Assembly (NCBI RefSeq): GCF_009834535.1
Contig: NC_045696.1
Span: 56,174,001-56,238,000, forward strand
Source: Camelus ferus
Lineage: Eukaryota
Direction: 5' to 3'
Length of the DNA: 64,000 nt
Both the position numbers and the translations under genes were made by a program. Below are positions 54,599-64,000 of the stretch, piece after piece. The stretch's first letter is position 1. Each line of letters begins with the position of its first letter. The notes under the pieces were generated by a model. It was not told the DNA's origin and ran no database searches. It saw only the letters and a list, made by a program, of their open reading frames with translations.

Positions 54599-56611
54599 GG
54601 AAGTTTACATGTAGAAATAACAGAAAATTAAAAGTCTTCAACAAAAGCCTAAAGAACCAGCATATAACACCTGTGACTACAAGGAAGCTACAAAGTATTT
54701 TTATGAAGTTTTTATTAACCTAACAATAGGATTAGTAGGGAAGCTAGTTCTGCCTATGCTTTCTTATGAAGAGAAATAACTATTTTTCTGGATGTTTACC
54801 AACAATATGGCAAACTCTCTACTGAAAAATATTATTATATAAATTACTCAAAAGAATCAAAGAAAATCTTATTTTCAGGCATGATTAAGATAGTCTCAAG
54901 GGGTAACACTGACCATTGTCAAATTTTCAGGTTTTTAAATTAAAGTTTAAACAACTCTTCACCCTAAGTAAATGGCTAAGGAATGTCCATTAAAGCATGA
55001 TGTTCTCCCCAAAATAAACACAGCAGTTTACAAACATAAAAGCAACATAAAAGTTAATAAGCAAAACAAATAAAAAGGAACTAAGTTCCACAGAAAATCG
55101 GAGTTGGACAAATTGTAAAATAAACTTACTATTGTCATGAAAGAGAGGCTCTACCTTATGATGTGGAAGCTCTAGCCAGAGTGCAACTGCTCACATACCT
55201 TGGAATAAAATCATGAAGAAAGAAAGGGAATGCCAACTAAGCAAATGAATAGGTCAAATCAACCCTAACAATCAAAAGCATGATAAAATTTTAGGACAAT
55301 TTCTATGTAATCTTATTGTGATAAAAATCTTTCTAGTAGGGCCTTTTGCCTTAGACACAGTTCATCTCCACGTGATTCCATCCAAAGAACTGGAAAAACC
55401 AAACCAAAAATTTACTAAATTTCCTTTGGGGATAGAAAGAATAAACAAAAGGAGAAGCAGGGGAAGCAAAATGGACAGATGTCATACATGAGCTGGCTTT
55501 TGGAGGTGTATATATCACTGTGTATCACTTCTAGAAATGAAAGGAAAACGCAGAGTGGCAGAGGATAAAGATGAGACAGAAAAGACTCTACAGAGTCCTT
55601 GACAACACACTAATTTCACACTTTAAATCACAAGAAGATACCAGGCCAATGGGATTAACAAGCATCAAATTTCTCTTTAAAAATGTCAAGTTTTTGTCCT
55701 TAAAAAGAGAAATAATGGTGTTAATATGGGCCCTGAGGTCATACAAAGGTTTTAAATCACACATATTCTACCACTTAATATCTATTAAATGCAGATAGCT
55801 GCTACTTGATAGAGCTGTTGTGATGATTATATAACATAGGTTAAGCAGGGTTTTTTTGTTTGGGGGGGGGGGTTTCTTGTTAGTGTGTGTGTGTTTTAAG
55901 TGCATGCCACACAGTGAGTGCCTGACAAATTACAGTTCCTCTGAACTTTGAATTACTGGCAGTGGCTATCAAAAGAAACATTCTTCTTCTGTTCTGCTAT
56001 GCTCTTTCACCACCCGGTACATGCCCTACTACAGTGCTTATCACAGTGTTCTATAATTATTAAGAGTCCCTCACTTGACTATGAGCTCTTAGGAAAGCCA
56101 GACATTATCTAAATCATTTACATTTCCCCACTGCTTATTAGCAGAGGGTTCAGCACAATGCAGGTGCTCAGCAAATGTTTGCTCTTGAATTCATATAAAA
56201 ATCACTCAAGCAGAACTGTTAGGATTTGAGAAATGACTACTTCTTGCTAAACATTAAGCAGTGCTTTTATTTCTTATGCGTGTCATTGATCAGATACAAA
56301 TCCCTAGGGATAACGGTATACAGAAGTCTTACAAATAGCAAACCAGAATGGAGGCTTACTGAAGACACTGCAACAAGCCAAAACAAATAATCCAATTTGC
56401 CACATGTGTATTTATTTACAGGTAGGAGACTTACTCTGTTTCATAATCCTTTTCCAAATAATTCTGGTTTCTTTAGAGCATCAATATGCAGCAATGGATA
56501 AGAACTGGGCAGGGGACATCTCTGAGGTCTGAAGTTCTGTTTACATCTATATATATAAGTACATTCCTTGAGTACCATTTTATATTTGCAACCATTGCTC
56601 ACAGTAAATTT

Positions 56612-56735
56612 AAGGAGTTTACTAAAAATGAAGATTCTAGAATTTCACCAGCTGACAGACTCAGGAAATCTGCAGTAGGGCTCAGGAAACTATACTTTTA
56701 ATAAGCATCCCCCAAATGATTTTTGAACTGGAGTC
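56612..56735. mobile_element. MER5-like hAT fragment
   Basis: gtagggctcaggaaactatacttttaataagcatcccccaaatgatt. Confidence 0.55.
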
Positions 56736-59700
56736 AAACATATTTTTCTTTTTTTCTAACTCAAGTGAACTGGAATAAAGCAAAACCAAACTCAAAATGA
56801 ATAAATATTTTATTAGTTTTAAGCCCTCACTTAAAACAATATCAAGATATATTTTATTTTTCTATTTTTACTTATTTATTTATTTTTCAAGATGTATTTC
56901 AGAAACAGGTTTATTTCCCATGAAAGTCTAAAAGCTTGCAGTACGTATGTAAAGAGCTTTGGCTTTTAGGAATTAACATTAGAATCTTAAAGTTTTACAC
57001 ATGCTTATATGCTTAATTTACAAACTGCCCAATTTGAAGTGGGGAGAGAGTAGATAACACATTTAAATTTTTCTTAATAAGGAAATTGACCTTATACCAA
57101 AGAAACAGTACACTATACATGGATGGAAAGAGTAAATGGTAAATACTTAGGCTAAGGAAACAATTCCTTTTAAAAACACAATGACTTGATCCAGGGCTCA
57201 CGCTTCTAGCAACTTCAATCTTGAGCAGCCATGAATCCAGAAGAAAGCCAAAACACAGCTCTCACAAAGCAGATATATTTTACTCTAGTCTTTAGTGAGC
57301 ATAATATTAAAATCAGCACTCTGAAACTTTTTTTTAATGGATTACATCTGGTTTTGGCCCGACATACATCCCCTTGATCCTCAACATTACCTTCTGACAA
57401 CCCAAATCCCTGCAATGGAACATCTCACTCAGTCTTGCTGAACTCTGCACCAAAGTTATCCCCATTTCTAAATTCAAATTGCTTTTCCTATAGCACAGCA
57501 TACAAATTTACATACATTTTAACATGCATTTTAAAGTGGAGGTTATTAACCTAAAATTTTTTGTTATATTTCCAACAGCAGTGAAAGGGAGAGGGGAAGC
57601 ACGGGGTGTTTTCTCCCAGACTTCCTTACTCTAGGTTGGTTTCATATGCTTTATCAATTACACTTTAACAACTAATATCCAATCCAGGAGGCCAACAATC
57701 ATGTTTATCACACATTTATTGCTGTAATCCCATTTTATGCCTATGCATGCAGCAGGCTATAGAAAATGTGCTCATTTGTAAGTGAACAAATTCCTATAGG
57801 ATTCCATTATACTTTGAAAACTGCTGAAAGTCTGAAAGTCACTAAATCAAGTACCTCTACCTCCTATGAAATGATCCAAGACTGTAATCTCTCAAAAGGT
57901 TGAGTCACTCAACAGACGGAGAAGAAGATGCAAAGACAAAACTCAGTGATTTAACAATTTTCCCTGGGACCAGCCCTGATCACCACACACCATCATCACA
58001 ATAGTCTATCTGTGCAGCACTTTATAGTTTAATAACATGTTCAGAGCCACTACCTCACTTTATCCCCCTATGAGGGAGGTAGAACCAATACTGAACTACA
58101 GAACTGAAGCTCAAAAGATAAGCAAAATTGCTTAAGGTTATACTGTAATATTGAAAACTACAACCCAGGTCACCCAATTCTCAAGTTTAGTACATTTTCC
58201 AATGCCTATAAAAATGGAAGTGAACCAAGTCATTTATTTCTATTCCAAAATAAATCCATAAAAATAACTCAGCCAACAGAACCACACATTTAAGTAAGTG
58301 TCCTCACATATTTTAATATAAACTGCAAAAATGCCTTCCATATAAAGTTGCTTCGTTTTGCCTGAGATACAAATCATCTAAAATAAGTAAAATAAGAGCC
58401 AGAATTCCCCTAAGGAGTATCAAATCAGTGAACTAATAGCAAACATTTAAACACTTGAACAGATTTATCAGAATACAAACTAATAATCCACTGGTTAAAA
58501 ACAGCTGCTACTTTTGCAGGAACAGAAGGAACATTTCCTGCCCCATCTTTTTTTGCCTGGGATGGAGGGGTGGGGGGGAACGTGGTGGTGCTGGTTTATT
58601 CTAAATAAGAAACTATCAGGGACAGGAAAAGCAGGGCAGCATGACTTTTCAAAGCAAGAAACAAAAAAGGAATATGAAGACCAAATCTCTTTACATTACA
58701 CAGTTTCAGGAATCTCCTGTTGATCTGGCTGAACCACAATATTTTACTTTTCATAAATTTAAACATAACAGAGCACATTTGCTTAATAATGATAGTAACT
58801 GAATTTATTTTTTTTAAAATGCCCCAAATGTATATAATATTTGGGTGGTGGCTGCCACATCATGAAAAACCAACTCTGAAATACATGCATATATAAATAC
58901 CAAAGTAGTATACTTTTCCTCATTCCCAGTCCTAAACAGCTTCCAAAGACACCCAGCCCCAGTTACCGAGGGTGTCTAAGCCAACATACTTTCTTATTAC
59001 GTTCTCTCTCCCCTCAAAGGAATCATTCACATTGCTTTACTCTCTCCCTAGTCCCCTAAACTCACATTATTCTGTCAATTAATCTACCTCAGAGGACAAA
59101 CGTCGTAAGTTACTGCACCTTCTGTTCGCCACCCTGCTCCAAAATCTTGGTTACCAGAAAGAACTTTTTCTTCCTTATCTCTTCATTCAACTCAAGAGCT
59201 AGAAAACCAACCTTAACCACAACTGGTCTAAAGGACAGCACTTTTGCTCTTGTTACACCAGTATCAAGAAAAGTAAAGCCGTGAGTTAAAAAGCCAGTTG
59301 TCATCAACCTAGAAAGCTCCTGAAAGTATCCAGAAAGATCGGTCAGCCTCCCATAATCTCTACTCATCTCCCTCAGATTAAATCCCTTTATCAATCTAGT
59401 AGTAACAGGATTCAGAATTTTGTAAAACTAATTTTTAGGTGGGGGTTAGATTTAATTATTATTCAGTAATAATATAATACAGAAAATATTATTATTCTCT
59501 ATTACTCTTCATTGTAATATATAGATACCTGAGCTAATTTTGGCTTAGCTGGGCTTTTATAGGATAGCCTGGGAATCTAATTTTATTTTACATACTTACG
59601 AAACTTTCAATGGAAAACTATGCTCTAAGTTCCAAGACAACTAACGAATGTTTAGAACACAGTCTGTTCACAGACTAAGACTATTCTGTATAAACTGGGG

Positions 59701-60289
59701 GGAAAATACACATAAAATATTACGTTTAGGTAATTGCTGGCTTAATTCCTTTTTTATACCCTACCTCCAGAATCTGCAGAAGCATTGGAATACATACACT
59801 ACATCAGTGGAAAAGTGAGTTCCATTTAAAATGATAGGAAGAGAGAGAGAGAGATGCAATCCTATACTTCAAGTACTTGTGTTTTAATAAATCATCTGTA
59901 TGTGGCTTTATAAAATATTAATTCTCACATGTATTTATGCTATATACATCCTTTCTATTTTCTAAGTATTCTCTCCTATTAATAGCACACAGTAGACTGA
60001 CAGAAAGTTTCAAAAATTTTGAGGACAGAAAAGGAAAGAAAATACAGTAGAATGTTTGGTTCAAATACACTGTCACTGATTAATTCACTGCATGTTTAAT
60101 AAGCATTATCTGTGTACCAGGCAGGTATTATGCTAAGAACTAGGGTCCCCCAAAATGAGTAAGACAAGGCCCTTTCCTTCATGGAGCTTTCTATTCAAAG
60201 AGAATATACTTATTAATGAAATCTGAACTAAGTATTTATTTAAAACCTGGGCTCAGTATTTCCTATAACATAATAGAGCTAAGAATCTT

Positions 60290-60420
60290 ACTAATTGTCT
60301 TCACAAAATACTTAATCTTAACAATCCTATTAAGTGCATGAAGTTACTTCCATCCCACAGATGAGGAAACTCAGGCTCCAGGAATTTAAGAAAACTCACT
60401 GGAGATCACAAACTATTGAG
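60290..60420 (-). mobile_element. MIR SINE
   Basis: aatcttaacaatcctat...cagatgaggaaactcaggctc. Confidence 0.65.
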
Positions 60421-61540
60421 AGGGGCCACATTAAAACAGCTGTTCTAACATGAAGTGTCAGCTCTGTTACTAATATATCAATCTGCTTCTAAGAAAAGGC
60501 CAAACAGGAAAAGTACCACTACCCAGATTATGAAATTAACTTCAATTGGAAATGAAGTTCAAAAAAATTTGTAAAAAAACATTCTGGTGTGAATACATGC
60601 AAATAATAGGGCCAAAATTGTACTGAAGACTTTTCTGACTTGATTCCCTCCAAGACTCCATCCAATACAGCCCCCCATTCTGTGTACATACATGTTTCAC
60701 AGATCAGATACATTGTAGTAAAAGTTATAAAGTAAGTATCTGTAGAGCCATCATACTTTTTCACTAACTTCATTATAAAAACGGAAACTATGTACCCACA
60801 GAAGAACTCCACAGTAAGTAGAGTTTAAGGCTTCAGAGATTTGATTTGGTAAAGACCTATGCTACTTATAATCTTATAGATCAATGAGGTCAACAGAAAG
60901 CCATCTAAACTACTACTCTTAAAGTGTTACATTAAGTCTCATCAAGAATGATACTATTTCCCTTATCTTTGAGAACCCATACACACCACCCATAGTCACA
61001 TACCTCTGTCCTAGGTACCTGCATTATCCAAAAAGGAGCAAGTAAATATTAAGGGAGAAGAGAACAAATGTACCAAACAATCCAGGTACCATGACAGACA
61101 GAGAAGAAATGGTGGAACTTAGAGGCCAATAACAGGAGCTGAACCTTGCCAATTTCACTAATATATCCATTAAAGCAAGTGAAGCAACACCAAACTGCAA
61201 TAAACGGTGTCCCAAGTAGACAGGACTCATAATTTACAAATGTCCTTGGAAAACTGAAATATTTGATTCCAAATAAAAAAGAGAATACTTTAGTTGGGTT
61301 ATTCTACTTCCTGGGTAGGGTAAATATTCCAGATAATTTAGCCAATAACATAAATGGACTCTAGAAAGTAACCTGGCAGTGACATCTTAAGTTTTCCCTT
61401 AAGAATAAATTTTCCAGATTCACATTTCTGGGAGTGTAAATAGACAATTCTTACATCCAATACACATACACAAAGCCTAATTAACCACTAATTTTCAGCT
61501 TACATTTTCAAGTATGAGTAGTGCTGCTACATTGAGGGTT

Positions 61541-61688
61541 TTTTTTTTTTTCTGTACTTTTTTTGCGGGGTGGGGAGTGTTATTAGGTTTGCTTACTTAA
61601 TTATTTCTTAATGGAGGTGCTGGGGATTGAACCCAGGACCTTGTGCATGGTAAGCAAGCACTCTACGACTGAGCTATACCCTCCCCCC
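61541..61688 (-). mobile_element. tRNA-derived SINE (Vic-1-like, camelid)
   Basis: Reverse reads ggggggagggtatagctcagtcgtagagtgcttgcttaccatgcacaaggtcctgggttcaatccccagcacctcc; degenerate TSD tacattgagggtt / tacattaagagtt. Confidence 0.9.
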
Positions 61689-62124
61689 ATTACATTAAGA
61701 GTTAATACACATACACACCCCTCCCTCTCTTCTCTGAAAACTTCCCTCCTCCCATTGGGTTGAGTATCTGAATGTATTCATTCAAGCATTTATCTCTTCC
61801 TAGGCTGCACTGTGAAAAATCAACAGTAACAAACTCCTTGCTTTCATGGACCTGAAGCCTAGTGAGAAAAGCAAAGATTATTTATACAAATAAGTCCAGT
61901 TATATAATAACTGAGATAAGAGTAGATTAAAGAGAATTACAGGATGCAATCAAGCTCATAATGAAGGATCTAGACTCTAAACAGGGTTGGGTCACCTAGA
62001 GAGTGATATATTTTGGCTGAAATCTGAAAAAGTGTAAAAGGGGAAGGAGACAGTGGGATGGGAAAGATAATAAAGGCATGTTAAAAGAAGGCATTGAAGG
62101 AGTTTAGTACAATATGGGAATAAA

Positions 62125-62402
62125 AGGATAGTCAGTCACAAAAGACAATGCATTCCATGATTCTGTTTATATGAGATGTCCAGAATAAGCAAATCTATGA
62201 AGACATAAGGTAAACTGGTGGTGGCCTAGGGCTGGGGAGGGAGATGGGAAAGAGAGGACGGAGTGACTGCTAATGGGTAAGAGATTTCTTTGGAGGATGA
62301 TGAAAATGTTCTAAAATTAGATTATGGTGATGACTGCACAACCCTGTAAATACACTAGAAATACATGAACTGTACAATTTGAATGAGTGAACTTTATGGT
62401 AG
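62125..62402 (+). mobile_element. L1MB/MC-like 3' end fragment inside an antisense L2 remnant (about 61775-62560)
   Basis: gactgctaatgggtaagagatttctttggaggatgatgaaaatgttctaaaattagattatggtgatgactgcacaac. Confidence 0.8.
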
Positions 62403-63677
62403 GAAAATACAGACTCCCTAAGAGGATGGGCACCCAAAGCCCAAGACAGTGTGGTTAAAGCACAGTGAGAAAACAAGAATGGAGAGATTGGAGAAGAGTC
62501 CAGGCGCTGTATTACCATGCCGTTTTGTAGGCCATTTTAGTATCACTAGATTTAATTAAATGATTTCTTGTCTGATACCTCAGTATCTATTCATTGCAAG
62601 TCAAAAACAGTTATCTGAAGAAAGATCCACTCTCTCTCCCACATGGGCTTTACAGCAAAATCAGATAAATAATTTGACTACTTTAGCTATCAGATATTTT
62701 AAATGAAACTGATGTTACTGAGAACTGGTTTCTAATCAAGCAGTTTATTCATAAAGTTAGAAAAACAATGACCATCAGTGAAAATAAAACATCTACGTTG
62801 TTCTAATTTAAAAATTTATCATCTAAGTTGAGAAAGTGAATTAGTATCATCACTGTTTCTCTCCCAGTAAGTAACAAAGAAAAAAAATTATTTTTTAAAA
62901 TTATCAAAAACTCACCATGACCAACCAAACAGTAAGAGAAATAAGAGAAATAAACCACATAAGAGGGGAGGTCAAGGTAAAACACAGAATACTTAGGCCA
63001 CAAGCAGAGGGCATGGCGCCTAACACTGCTCATACTTCTAAAAGTAATTCTGAAGGAAAACGGTAAAAAAGACAAAATACTGAGAATTCCCTAGGATATT
63101 ACTCAATATGGTAAATAAAGTGGAACATGAACATGCCATAGGCAGCTATGGAGCAGGGGTGGTAAGGTAGGGGAGGGAGGGTTCAGGGAAAGTCTGCAGC
63201 TAATGCTTTTTACTCTAAAAACCCTCTACTCGTCACCTGTTAACCTCAGCAAAGGCAGAAAGGCCAACATTTTCCAAGTTACTGCACTAAACTGAGGAAA
63301 AAAACAGAAGTCCCCAAAAGTGGAATATACCCATGGCTTAGTGGTGGAAAAGACATTCAGGAAGGACTGCAATGGCTAGGAGACTGCCCCATTTACCTAG
63401 CAACTAATACCCCTCAGGCTACAGAAGAGTGGAATAAGAAAGAGCTGTCCAACTCAAACATAAAATTTTAAAAACTGACACAAAAACACTACAGGAAAAA
63501 CATGCAAAAGCCAAATCAAGAACTTATCTGGAAGAACAGGGGAAAAAAAAAAGCAAAAACTTCTTCCAAGAGTGTAGTACTACAGAACTTAAAAAAGAAC
63601 ATGAAATAAATAAAACAAGAGTCCAAAGATAAGGTCATAAAACAACAAAGATAAACAAGTAGAATTATTTTGGTTTT

Positions 63678-64000
63678 TGTATTAGTTTCCTGTGGCTGCA
63701 GTAATAATTTATCACAAACTGTGTGGCTTAAAAGAACAGAAATTATTCTCTCACAATCCGGGAAGCCAAAAGCCTGAAATCAAGATGTCGGCAAAGCTAT
63801 GCTCCCTCTGTAGGCTGTAGAAGAGAATCCACTGCTTGCATCTTCTAGTTTCTGGTACCTGTCCACATTACTTGAATCATGGCCTCATGACACAAGATTC
63901 CAATCTCTGTCTTCACAGTCACATAGCCTCCTCCTCTGTGCATCTGCTCTCTTCTGTGTATCTCAGGACATTTATCAATTAGATTTAGACCCCACCCAGA
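63678..64000 (-). mobile_element. MaLR LTR (MLT1-like), runs off the window
   Basis: tgtattagtttcctgtggctgc...ggcttaaaagaacagaaattattctctcac...gaaatcaagatgtcggca. Confidence 0.85.

Noticed and set aside
59110..59394. 94-aa minus-strand ORF in intron 1
   Set aside because: Non-ATG start, no recognisable domain, length compatible with chance
61610..61688. tRNA-like sequence with A/B boxes (also 5194-5275 and 855-930)
   Set aside because: A-rich tails and TSDs identify these as SINEs, not tRNA genes

Overview
AT-rich, CpG-poor mammalian genomic DNA covering the middle of the GSK3B gene (glycogen synthase kinase-3 beta) on the minus strand. Six coding exons (2-7, about aa 30-271, most of the kinase domain) can be read with GT-AG boundaries and consistent phases. 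Exon 1/promoter lies beyond base 64000 and exon 8 onward before base 1. The introns are mostly transposon relics: a ~13 kb nested L1 cluster in intron 2, L2, MIR, CR1, hAT/Tigger DNA elements, LTR relics and microsatellites. Three tRNA-derived SINEs resemble Vic-1, pointing to a camelid genome (inference). Nearly all ORF-track entries are spurious or decayed L1. I found no convincing new biological system. The best leads are splicing-related: an L1 inversion junction that creates an in-frame cryptic acceptor in intron 6, inverted SINEs flanking exons, and a frame-closed exon 2-6 block. Repeat family names come from recalled consensus sequences, not database searches, and repeat boundaries are approximate.
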